From Stegostoma tigrinum (taxonomy: Eukaryota): 64,000 nucleotides of DNA. The notes under the pieces are model-generated. The model saw only the letters and a program-made list of their open reading frames with translations, searched no databases and was not told where the DNA came from. Of the stretch, positions 25,931-38,344 are shown in pieces (positions within the stretch are counted from its first letter, which is position 1; every line of letters begins with the position of its first letter). Position numbers and translations under genes: made by a program. The DNA is taken from the NCBI RefSeq assembly GCF_030684315.1, contig NC_081372.1, forward strand, positions 55,805,070 through 55,869,069. Reading direction: 5' to 3'.

Positions 25931-27219
25931 AAAATCTCTGGATAGCAAAACTGAACATCTCACTCTGCATTTTAAAATGGGCAAAAAAAGAGGAAAAGCA
26001 AGGAATTTCAGACTAGTTACCATCTCTTCTGATGTGGAAATTGTTGGAGCCAAAAAAAGGACAGTTACTGAACACCTTAAACATTTACAATGAATCATAA
26101 AGACCAGCATGGATTCATGACAGGTATGTCATGCCTGGACAAACCTCAATGAATTTTAAGAACTGAATAAACTAACATTTGGGAATGTCTATGGATATTG
26201 CTTATATGGACTTTCAGAAGATATTTGATTAAGTCCCACATTAGAGACTTACATCAGAATGAAGACCACAGAATTGAGGGAAAATTACTGATGCTGTTGA
26301 GAAATTGGTTGAGTGGTAACCAGAAAGTAGGGCTAATGAGTAGGTAATCAAGTTGGCACAATGTGACCAGTTGGGTCTGTGCTAGCTCTCAACTGTTCAC
26401 GTTAATAAATAACCAAATCATTAATAAATAATGATTTGGTTAATGGCATAGATAGCAAGATATCCAAATCTGATGACACAAAGTTAGGCAGCATTCTTTG
26501 ACATTGCAGATCATAGCATTAATTTACAAAGCAATACTGGCTGACTAAACAAATGGGGGAAAACTGCTGCAGGAAGAGTTCAATGTAAGCAAGTGGGAGG
26601 TTACCTATTTTGGACTTAAAAAGGATGGATCATGGTGATTTCTAGATGGGATGAAGTTAAATACAGCGGAGGTCCGAAGAAATTTGGGGTTCAGTTCCAT
26701 AGACATTAAAATATCACAAAGGAGGTGCAGAAAATAAATCAAGAAAGCTAATGGAATGCCGACCTTTCCATATAGAAGGCTTCAGTACAAGGATGCAGAA
26801 AATATATTGCAGTTATATAAAGTCTTGGTTGAATACCACTTGGAGTACTGTGAGCAGACCCAGGCACAGTACTCAGGCAAGATATATTGGCCTTGGAGGG
26901 AGTACAATGTACATTTACAAGAAAATCAATCAAGTCCAAGTATCAAAGTTATGAGAAGATATTATACAAATTAGAGATAATCTTCTAAATTCTAAAGAAA
27001 ACTAAGGGGTAATCTGATAGAAGCCTTCAAGATATATTGGATACTGGATCAGTCGTTAATTTTATATCTGAGATAATGTCTTTGCTCTACAAAGAAAACT
27101 AAGGGATATGGGCCAAAGCCAAGTATATGGAGTTAAGTTGTAGATTAGTTATGATCTCACTGAATAGTAGAAAAGGCTGGAGGGGCTGAATGGCCTACTC
27201 CTGTTTCTGTATTTCAACA

Positions 27220-27880
27220 GGAGCCGAGTAATGCTGGTTTCTGGAACAGACTAAACCCTCTCAAAATATATCAATGGGATAGCTTTGACTCTAAGTTTTA
27301 TCTTATTTAAAGGCCTGGGTTCCAGATGTGAGTCACTTGGTCAAAACTCTTGGCTTTAAGCAAAACATAATTTATACTTACACCACATACAAAAGTTGTA
27401 TGACAGAATTGGCATAACTTTAACTATTGAAATACTTAAAATTATTTAACTACTAGCTCATCAACTGTTCCAATATAGCAGCATCCCAGAAACAATCCCT
27501 TGGCAAAGGGAAATTCATCAAAACAGATTTGCTCACTTGCTATCCTTCTCCAATCCCAGAGAAAGGAAGAATTTAAAAAATTCAAAGGAATGAGTCCAGC
27601 TGCAGAGACAGAACTCAAACTATTTTTCTGGGAGAAGAGAGACAGCTGTATCTAACAGCTTCCATCAAAACCTAAGCTTCAACAACTGAAAGCAAAAACT
27701 TTAAAACTGTGTGAGCCTGACTCCATCCACTCATGCTTCTTTTATCCACCAAAACCCAAAGTTATTTGCTCTGCTTTCCCTGAAACAGACACCTCATACC
27801 AAGTTCACAATACTTGTTTACAAGAGAAATGGGACATAATAAATTCCTCTTAAAAGCAAGTTAGTCTCCAGCTTCAGACA
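27220..27880 (-). mobile_element. Probable solo LTR-like repeat, related to 5936-6545
   Basis: Shared blocks with 6030-6360; boundaries uncertain. Confidence 0.45.
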
Positions 27881-30800
27881 TGTAAATCAGCCCCTGATTA
27901 AAAAACAGATTGACTTAATGTTCATTTTCTCCCCAGCAAGTGAAACAATCGGGTCTTCAACCACTTCCTATTCAAGGATTCATAAAAAGGATGTTTACGG
28001 ATCACCCCTTCCTGTGAGAGTATCTTTCGATGGACAAATATTTCAGGACTGACAGGAATAGAATCATGCTTATGATAGATGGCCAAATGGTGCACCATAA
28101 GATTGTTGGCTCATTGACATAAACATCACTTGTGAGAGCAGCAAATGACTTAAACCTGTGTAGATACATACTGGTACTAAAAACATTGCCAAATGTGGTC
28201 CATAAATTTTAAAAAAATCCTGAACTTGACACCAAATAATTCAATCACATTTCATTTTAGACACTGGTGTGCTCATTATTTGAGTAAAAAAATTCAGAAT
28301 AACTGCCTTTACTTATTCACACAGTCCTTTCTTATTAGGTTTAGTCCTTGTTAAGCCGCACTGGGGTGGAATAACCAAATTTCCTCTTTCCTACAGCTGT
28401 GCAAAATTTTCATTATTTACTCCGATACTATTTTCAGAAGTTTAATGAATCCACTGCCACTACCAAGTCACAAATTGCAATGTGACTATAAAAGTACAAC
28501 TTACAAGCCTCTGATCAATTATCTTAAATGTAGATCCTTAGGGTACCTTCATTACTGCCAATGGTTTCTCCTTCTTTACTCTCTATCAAACCCTTGAAGA
28601 TTTTGAAATAGCTGTATTAAATCATCGCTTTGTACTCTTGCCTATTTACAGACCCTCTATGAATTGTTAGCAGCCTCTCAATTTCTCATGCGGCCTTGAA
28701 AGATATTTGCACATTTTACTAAGTTCCACATATAGGTGTTAAGGCCAAGAAAATTATGGGTTATGTTACCATTACTGATTCTTCCAAAAAAACGAATAAT
28801 TTTACTCTTCATTACATTTCATCCATCATGCATTTGCATTGTATACTCCAGTCCAAAATCACTTATTTCTCAAAAAAGGGCAGTCGTCCCAACTGAACAC
28901 CTCTGGACACATCTCTCCGATTTCCAACCATAACTCATTATTACTCTGCTTTCTGGTTTTTCTTCGTTAATTACAACCAAGCAATCACTACCAATTTAAT
29001 CCCATCAGCTTTGATTTTTCCAAAGGGAAAAAAAAACCCTTTCATTTAGAGAAGTGCTCTGGATTGCAAATGACATTATGAATCAATGAAGTATTTTTGC
29101 AATAATGCCAGAACAGAGACCTAAAGTGCACATAGGCTTACACAAATGAAATTGAAATAGCCCATGTATGCTCTTTGAGAAAAACACTGACCAGGAAATG
29201 AGACCCTATTGTTCTTCATGAGGGATCACTTGCTCCAAGACCATTTAATGTCACTTCTAAAATTAAACAGAGTAGCACTTCCTCAATCATTCACTACATA
29301 GTATATAGCCACAAGTAAAATATTTCTCTGCGCAATTCTGTCCACATAACCACTCCAACATGTACCGTGCATACCTGAGAAACAAATACATTTGCGGAAA
29401 AACAGGTTCACTAAACCCGAAGGTGATTTATTTAACAGACAGCACTGTAGCTCTGCTACATTCCTTTAAATAAGAATCACCATTCCCTGGCTACTATGCA
29501 GGATTACTTTAAATATTTTCTTTATGTTCAAGAGGGTGTCTAGAAATCACTGCTAGCAAAAAAAATGGAGTGAGCATTAGAAGCTGAGGTTTCATTCATT
29601 AATTCACATAATTGAAACTAATATATTGAATTGTTGCATCTGCCTATTGGACACAATTGGCACAACCTTGGCACATGCTAAAAGAATTGCAAAATTACAT
29701 AGAGAAGGTCTTGTTTTCAATAATCAGACAGTTCCTCAAACTAGTTCAATTAAAGTTGCAAAATTACACCTAATGTACTAATAGTCTTAATAGGTCCAAC
29801 TGATCAATCACATTTCAATTTCTACAAAATTCTAAAAAAAAGGAAGCTGAAAAGTTCAATGCAAATTCTTGAGGTTTTCCTGCCACACATTCACAAACCC
29901 ACATTAACACAATCCCATCCTGTTTCCAAATCTGTTTGATGTTCACCACTGAATATATCAAACTTTATACTGTACTTATTTCATACAGGTTTGAGGAAAG
30001 TAATAATAATTTAATATTTTAACAGGTATAGCCATTCATTTTGTAAATCAGACTGTGATATACATTAAAGAGCAATTAAGTATCAAGTTTGGCCATAAAA
30101 AATGAATTACAGCATCTGAGATTGACTTCAACCTGTCATGTCTTTGGAACATGATTAAGATATCAATAGCTCAAAAGTCTTTGTGGGAAGCAAAATATGA
30201 CAACATGTAAGTTTTTTGAACTCATATCCCAGATTGATATTTATGGCTTTTCATTTTAAAAAATTGCACTTCATACACCCAGCGTTTTAAAGTAAGACAT
30301 TATCAATCCTTTCCACTTAGATTTCACAAACAGTTTAAATTACTCAAGCTTCAAATGTCAAGCTAGTTAAATCTTTTAAAGTAACTAGTTTAAGATTATA
30401 TAACAAAAAAGTTGCCAAATTGAATGGCAATCTGCCAAAAAAAGACCATATGCTATCAGTTTTAACAGCCATCAGGTTTCTGGAGTAATCTGTAATAGCG
30501 TTGCAATGTGAAAAAGGCTCCTCCTCCTGCTCGTTAAATACTAAATACCATTGCCACCAGTCCTGAAATAGACAATCAACTCATTCTCAGCCATCATTCT
30601 CTAAAACAAAAGACTAAGAATGACACAATCATATCTTAATCACAACCAATTAATTATTTACATATAACTGACTGCAAAAATAGACAGCCTATTTTCAGCC
30701 CAAGACCACCTTTTCCAATGTTGGACTGACTCAGTACGTTCCCACCTATTTCTATCGTGATAGTCATAAGAGGCTTTTGTAGTTTTTCTCTGTAGGCTTG

Positions 30801-31589
30801 AAATCATTTGAAAGCTATATTTGTGAAAGAACAAAAACAAGAAAAGACAGCATAGCTCCACACTAGGTTACACAGACTTGTGTTGGGCATTGCACAATGT
30901 TACATTAGGAGGTAATTTCTAGGGGAGAACAAACTTCCTCTCGTGCTATCCATGGTATAACACATAGTGCAATGTTCTGGTACTTGTAGCAGCCATATAT
31001 AAAACAGTTCACGTTAATGATCGCAGAGTACTGAAAAAGACAAACATCACATGCAGACTTTTACAAGCAAGGTGTCTGATACTTAAAAAAAAGTCATTCC
31101 TTGATTGAATTTACCAAGTAACTTATCCGATCTTGATAAACAACAGCAGGCAGTTTAAACTGTCAAATTGCAACTAAAGCACAAAAACACGCTATGCAAC
31201 CAGACAGTATTCAAAAATAAACTTTTTTTAAAATTTTCCTGACCTACAATTTTTCCAACTGCTTAAACTGATAGTCAACACTTCAGATTGCAACTGGATT
31301 CAATCCTGACATTGTACATTTTCACTCTATTTCAAATACACATAGCACATTTAAATTACATAAATACCATATTAAAAACAAAATCAACAAAAATTACTAA
31401 AATAAACGAGGGCATTAAAGGCCACCAAATCCTAATATAGCATTGTTACGTGTTGCACTGAACTTCCAGCTTTCAGGATACTTGACTACATGATAGAATG
31501 GCAAGATGGAGCCTATGATAAACCTGCGCAATGAAGTCAAACTAGAAGATCATATTCTGTTCCTACAAAAATACTTGTAAAAACAGATG

Positions 31590-32590
31590 CAAACATAGAC
31601 GCAAGCAGTAGACAATTCAGCTCACGTCTGTCCTGTCGTTCCATATTATGCCTAATCATCTACCACACTGCCATTTTCCAACAGCATCCCATGTACCTTT
31701 ATGTCATTAGTACCTAGAAATCAATTAATCTTTATCTTGAACATTCTCAATGACTAAGCTTCCATAACCCTCCTGGGTACAAAAGACAAAAATCACAGAA
31801 TCATAAAAGGTCCTTCGACCTATTACATCTGTGCCACCAAAAATATATTACCGCCTACACTCATCCCACCTTCCTGTTCTAGGCCCATAGCCTTAAGTGT
31901 TATATTTCAAGGGCTCAATCAAATACTGAGGTTTTGTGTCTGAACTACATGCTTGTACAGTGCATTCTTGACTTCTACCACCCTCTGGCAGAAAACATTT
32001 TTCAGCAAATCCCTTACAAACCTCCTGCCTTTCACTTTAAAATTATGCACTACCTTCCACGTAAAGTATGTCTTCCTCAACTGAGTCCGAAAGGCCTGTC
32101 CCTGTTCTAAGATTGTGTTTCCTGATTCTAGATGCCCCCTCCCCAAGCCAGAGGAAACATCCTTAACCATCAACCTGATCAGTCCTGTGAAGATTTTGGG
32201 GAATCACTGTGATCACCTCTCATTCATTTTAACTAGACAATGTAAGCTCATTGTCCCCACCAACCCAGGAATTAGACAGATATACATCCATTGCAGTCCC
32301 TCAAGATATGTACATCCTTTGTTAAGCAATGGGACCAGACCACACATTTCTTTAGATGCTGTCTCATTATAGTTCTAGATGAATGAAGACAGATATCCAT
32401 AACGTGAGAAACTTGAGAACAAGACATGACAACATGCCAATTGCCATTAAATGCTTGCTACAGCCAAATGCAAGCTTTCAAAGGTTCACATACATATACG
32501 TCTGTTGATCTCCCATTGAGCAACTAACCTGGCTGGGAATATGGAAATACAATCTGCATAATCTCACGTTTATCAACAGTTATTTCCCAT
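31590..32590 (-). mobile_element. Cluster of nested, degenerate CR1 3' fragments
   Basis: ORF 31919..32173 contains FKVKGRRF..DL.KNVF.QRVV; CR1-type tails at about 31600 and 31795. Confidence 0.7.
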
Positions 32591-32599
32591 CTCTAAGAT

Positions 32600-32712
32600 G
32601 GGCTCTTGTGGTGCAGCGGTAGTATCCCTTCCCATGGCCAGGATGCCAAGGCTCAAGAGCCACCTGCTCCACATGTGTGTCATACCATCAATGAACAGGA
32701 TGATAAGAACAT
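32600..32712 (+). mobile_element. Short tRNA-derived SINE (~120 bp family)
   Basis: gggctcttgtggtgcagcggtag...ggctcaag...gaacagg.tgat.agaa. Related copies at about 35075-35160, 40157-40470, 45115-45205 and 55953-56047. Confidence 0.65.
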
Positions 32713-33040
32713 ATTTATCCTATCTGCTATGTTGTCGCTGAATCACTTATCCAGTAGAAATCTACTTAAAACCCACTACATCTTAGAATTCTCAATTTCA
32801 TTTTTACACATACATCATATATATGCATTGCTGGTTAGCCCAGCATTTATTGTCCATTCTTAGCTGCCCTTGAGAAGGCGCTTACAATCCATCTTCTTGA
32901 ACCATTACAGACTATCTGGTGCAAGTACACTAACACCACTAGGAAGGGACTTCCAGGATTTTAACCCAGCAATACTGAAGGAATGGCGATGTATTTCCAA
33001 GTCAGGATGGCGAGTGGCTTGGAGGGGAACTTGCAGGTGG

Positions 33041-33991
33041 TGTTTTACCTCTCTGGGATAGCAGGCTGAAAATCAAGCTCCAGCATTCCTCGGGGTGTCA
33101 CAAAATTCAAAAATTTTAGAAGGTCTGTAGAATTCCCCAGTTTAGCTATCATTGATATCTAGGTTGACAGAAAGCACAGATCAGCTTTCTGTACTTAAGC
33201 AAAACTGCTCTTTATTTCAAGTCATTAGATCCTAACTGCAGGAAATTATTTTGAATAATATACAAGCTTATTAGACAGAAGACCCCTTACACAAAGGATA
33301 GAAATGCAAAGGAAAGAGGGTATTATGGAGGGAAAGAAGAGCAAAGCAGTTTAGTAGTCCCTATCCACAGGGTTTGTGAAGATAACTCTTAAGTTGATTA
33401 AAACTTTAGTATTTGATCCTCGTCCAGAGGCTCCCATGTTTGCAGGAAGCATAGGATGGCTGGTTCACACTTACAACAATCTCCAATTTATTCATTCAAG
33501 TCAAAGTTTATAGTAACCAAGGTGTGTGTCTGTGTGTCTGCCTGTCTGGGGGGAGCAGTTGGGGGTGGGGAAGCATGCAAGAGAGCGAGCACAAGAGAGA
33601 GGCAGACAGTTTCTGAGCCTGTAGAGATCAGGTGGTTTCTCCTCATCTTATTCACAGCCTCAAGCTAGTCAATCACCTGGAAACCAAATCATACAGTTGT
33701 TAGCACACAGAAGGTCTCCATGAATCAATAACTGGTCACTAGTCCATCGACCAATTTGGTGACTGTCACTAGATGAATTTCCATTTGTACACAGCCCTTG
33801 GTTCCAAGTCCTCTCCAAACCATCCACTACCACTTGAACCAGGTGTGTAAACAGTACTGACAATCAGTGTCAGGTTCCCTACTTTCAAAAGTTGGAGTAA
33901 TCCTTCAATAATCCTTGGTTTTTAAAATAATTCTTTTTCTTTTGCAGCCCACAATCAAAAATGCAGAAATATAAAAATTACAGTCTTTACA
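33041..33991 (-). mobile_element. Solo LTR (TG...CA, 4-bp TSD GTGG) inserted in a minus-strand LINE tail
   Basis: Begins TG at 33041 and ends CA at 33991, with GTGG on both sides. The host LINE (32815-33040) resumes at 33992. AATAAA on the minus strand at about 33210. Confidence 0.65.
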
Positions 33992-34219
33992 GTGGTGGCA
34001 TTCCCACACAGCAGTTGCCCTTGTCCTTCTAGGAAATAATGATTGTGGACTGGGTGCTGTCAAGCAGTCTTGGTGTGTTTCTACAGCGTACAGCCTCAAA
34101 TAATGCTGATCTTGCCTAGCACATGCCCTGTATGCCTCTAAGTCTTTTGGATTCGTACATCCTTTGCTTACAACAATCTACATGTACTGCTCATGAACAA
34201 ATCTTTTCACTGTATTTCA

Positions 34220-34680
34220 GTATATTTGACAACAAATAAATCAGATGGCACATACTACTACTAATGAATGCTGTGATGGAAAGAGGGAATGTTTTGTGGA
34301 TGTGGTCCAAATGAGAGAGCTGCTTTATTCTGAATGGTGATAAGCTTCAAATTTTTGGATCTGAAATCACCCAAGCAAGTGAGGAGTATTCCATCATACT
34401 CCCAACTTGGGCCTTGCAGACTAAGTTGGTGCGAGTTACTCTCTGCAGGATTCCTTGCCCTCAAGTGCTCTTCTGCCACAGCATATACATGGTTGATTCA
34501 GTTCCATTTCTGGTCAGTGGTAGAAAGTGGAAAATTTAGCAGAGGTAATGCCAAATGACAATGGTTTGATTGTGTCTTATTGGAAATAGTCATTGCCTAG
34601 GATTGTACTACACAAATATTAATGGTTATTTGTTAGTGCAAACTTGGATACTGTTCAGGTCAAGCTGCATCCAAACCTGA
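34220..34680 (-). mobile_element. CR1/L2-group LINE fragment (same family as 86-2890)
   Basis: Reverse complement of the atggaatactc..cacttgc..gg.tg / ccattcagaataaagcagc blocks seen at 2400-2490. Confidence 0.7.
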
Positions 34681-35169
34681 AAGAAACGAGAGAGGGCAAA
34701 GATCTGAAAGATGGTCAGTTGGTAAAGGTGCTACGTACAAGCAAAAGTCTCTGCAATTATGGTGCAGAAACCTCCAAACTGAGCTGTTAAAGATCCAGTT
34801 TGATAAGTGGCCACAAAGAAATTGGCTTAAAAAGCATCATATAGCTTTACTATCAAATATAAAGCTTATATGGACATTTTAAAACATTTCTAATGGACAT
34901 TTTTAAAACAAGAACTATTGCAGGTGGAATATGATTGCACACCACTGTCCCAGAAGGTAGAAACATTACCAGTGAGCCACAATTCCATTTTGAAAAGATT
35001 TACTTTCTCAGAAATAAAGCCCATCATTAATAAGCTCTTTATTAGAAGATTTATACCATCTGACGCAGTCTACAAAGAATATACTAAGCAGTGTCCCGAT
35101 CTCTGGGCCAGAATGTCCAGGCTCAAGTTCCATACGTGAGACGTGTCTGGATAGGTTGTTTTTTTTTAA

Positions 35170-35990
35170 AAGTCTATGCAATGCAAGCTAATGCAATCAG
35201 GGAAAATGAGAATTAACTAAATGACTGAAGTAAAAGTATAAAACAATGCATTTGGGAGGGTTAACGAGGTAATAGTACAACACCGTACTGTTCTGCCATT
35301 CAAAAGATCAGCAGGACAAGGTGTGCATGCACAATGTTCTGGAAGGCAGCAGGACAAGTAGACAAGGTGGTTAAGGTTAACATACGGAATACTTGCCTTT
35401 ATTCATCAAGGCAGTGAATGTAAGAGCAAGGACGTAATGATGGAGCTATGTAAAATGTCAGTCCTCTAGTTGTTATCTAACTGTTTGCCGTTCCAGTCAA
35501 TCCATGAGGAGAATGTGTATGCACTAAACAGGGTGCAAAATGGATTCACCAGGACTCTGCCCAAGCTGGAGTGATTCAACTGTAAAGCGAGAAAAGATAG
35601 GCTGGGGTTATTTTCTTTATGGCAGAGAGTTTAGGGTTAATCCGTAAGGTATACAAAGTTTGGGGGGCATGGACAGGGTATATAGGAAGAAAAAAATTGC
35701 CCCCTAACTACTGACCCCTACACCAACGGAAAAAGGGGGTTTAGGCTGATTGAGGAAAAATCTTCTCACCCAGAAAGTTGTGGTATTTGGAACGCACTGC
35801 CCAAAAGTGAAGGGAGAAGGGAGGAACTTTGAAGACATTTACAAAATATTAGAAAAACAATTACAACATTATTGCATGCAAGGCTACGGACCAAGTGGTA
35901 GAAAACAGGATTGGAATAATGCATGTTTGATGATTGACTCAAAATGATGGGCCAAAAGGCCTCTTTTCATGCTGCAAAGCGGCACGACAG
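35170..35990 (+). mobile_element. Degenerate CR1 3' fragment
   Basis: RVQ..FTRTLP.LE and LRKN.LTQKVV..WNALP motifs; tail gggccaaaaggcctctttt. Confidence 0.8.
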
Positions 35991-37884
35991 TAAATTGCCA
36001 CGGTGACAATTCCAGTTAATGAAGAACAGTTGCTACTGTTTTAGTTATCAGAACAGAAAATGGGATGGCAGGCAGGTGGGTGGAATAGAACAAAGCATTC
36101 ACTTCAATGCTTGTTCAGTTTTCTCTCAAAGCATAATTTTATTGCATGGCAAATAAAGCATTCAAAATAAAAGATGACATATGACAAGCTTCTCTACTAA
36201 TAATTTCAATGAATTTGAAAGGAATGAGTTTCTAAAGCATTCAGAGGCAATGGATCCCTATTTCAGTGTCTTCTGGCTTTCTGTAGCACAGAAACCCTTT
36301 TCATTCTCAACAGCGTGTTCAAATTTACAAGATACTCCTTCGCCAGCCTTGAAATGTTTGGTTCAGCTAATTACAAAACTGGATCTAAAAATGTGTAAAC
36401 TTCACACAAAAAAACTAACTTGAATGATCAGGTACAGGCGTAGCAAAAAAAAAGTTAAAATCTTATCAACCCCTGTAGTGTGTTACTACTTTTAGATCCC
36501 ATTTGCAACACTTTTCCAAAAAGCAAAAGAAAATTGCTCTGAACAGATAAGAAGCTAAGATGCATACAGTATACAACCTTCTCTTCAGAAAGCTACCATT
36601 CAATTTCATCAGGTTCTGTCAAAGCCAGAATAATTTCACTACAGGTGAAACTGCTGCCTCTTGAACAACTGAGCGATTACACATAATTAAGTATGGCCAT
36701 TGTATATGCACTGACAGGACAGCCTGTGGGTAGACAATGCTCGAAATGGGCTGATTGGATCATAGCTTTTGGTACAGTGACGTCACCTTCAATGTAACAC
36801 TAACAATAGGCTTCAGGAGAACTGGTGAAAGCTTGGGCCCCAGCTGAAGTGAGACAAACTCTGAATGAAGAGTGTCTGCCCTCTACAGCCATCACCAGAC
36901 CATCTTCAACCGCCACAATACTTGGATGTCAGATGTGCTGTTTTTCCTGTTTAACCCCCACCTACCTCAGAATCCTGGTATTCACCCTCATTGCAGTTAT
37001 TCACATTAGAGATATTCTGAAATGCAATGTTTTACTGTACTTCAATGACACAGGTCGTGACAAGATTGCACGTGTGTTCTGTGTGTCATCTGGTAATGAT
37101 GTTCATAATTAACACAGTGGTGGCCACTGAACATTATAAAGCATACCAAAAGTCCTCAATGTTCAAACCAACCAAAACAACAAACACATAGGAAAAAAGG
37201 TCCTGATGATACAAGACTGCAAAAAATCTTTCAATCACTTCTGGTGGTCCACACCTTTATTTCCCTCTTCTTGCACTTTCCAAAAATGGTTAACAACAAC
37301 AACGTGCAGCACAGCAGAGTTTAAGCAAGTGGGCCACCATGCAATGTGACTGACTCTTAACTACCCTTTGGGCAGTTAGGGATGGGCAATAAATGCTGGC
37401 CTAGCCAGCGACACCCTCATTCCCCTGAAAGAATAAAAAAAGCAGGAATGCAAAAAACCCTTTAAAATCCATGTGAAGTGTTAACCTTGATACAGCAAAT
37501 ATTTAACTACAATGTACCCACTCCTCAATCATCAAAGGTTCCATCACATGCTTGGTGGAAACAGAAGAATGAAAATTCCAACATTCAACAATTGTATCCT
37601 ATAATACATTCCATTTCTACTTTGAGTGTATGAAACAGAGTAAAGTATTTACATTGTTAAAAGAAAACCTTGGCATTCTTTAACAACGCACTGATATCTG
37701 GCTACATAGTGTTTCAAACAACATTAAGTCTTAATTGTCAAAGATTTTTTAAAAATTCATTTCTGGGATGTGTCACTGACAAAACCAGTTTTTGTTGCCT
37801 ATCCCGAATTGTCCTTGAGTTCGTGATGGAGAACCACATGAACTGTTGCAGTTTGAACGGCACAGATACATCCATGATAAGAAA

Positions 37885-38335
37885 AGGCAAGATGCTGCAG
37901 ACGCTGGAAATCAAAAAAGAATAGTGGAGAAACAGTTCTGACAGCAACTGCGAAGAGAAAAACATAGCTCAGCTAAACAACAGGAATTGCCAGCAAAACC
38001 CAATGGGTCAGGCAGCATCTGTGGAGAAAAAGCAGAGGCAATGTTAACTGTGCTCTCTACAGAGCTACCGCAGACCTGCTAAGATTTCCAAGCAATTGCT
38101 TTTCTTGACTTCCAGCATCCGCAGTTGTTTTTTTTTTGGTTTAGAGTTAACGCTAAGTTCAGTCCAACTGTTCTTCAGACATACCCAAACCCGGAATTTT
38201 TTTTAAAATGGGGATAACAAGACGTACAAGCAGGCCAAGCTGTGAATTTTTCTGAACGAGGGTCTAGGTCAACCTTCCTGCTTCTCTGATGTTCATCTCC
38301 AGCATCTGCAATTCCTACTATCTCAAACATTTTTT
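37885..38335. mobile_element. Degenerate PLE-type inverted-end remnants (older family at 37885-38135; family 1 at about 38210-38325)
   Basis: ctgcagacgctggaaatc versus gacttccagcatccgcag in inverted orientation; gataacaag...agcaggccaagc followed by ttctgaacgagggtctagg...ctccagcatctgcaattcctactatctc. Confidence 0.6.
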
Positions 38336-38344
38336 TTAAAAAAA

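Larger units (their letters stand above)
22550..27215 (+). mobile_element. Near full-length but degenerate CR1 LINE (ORF1 zinc finger/esterase plus ORF2), with nested insertions
   Basis: ORF1-like CSTCTMQE...LSLKVHEQKSELQTL, then a GDS..R.TD esterase-like block, endonuclease-like ECAQGSF..ILNLIMSNEPDLI, RT motifs at 26100-26900 and a CR1 tail at about 27180-27215. Interrupted at about 24262-24355 (CR1 tail) and 25081-25930 (PLE). Confidence 0.85.
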
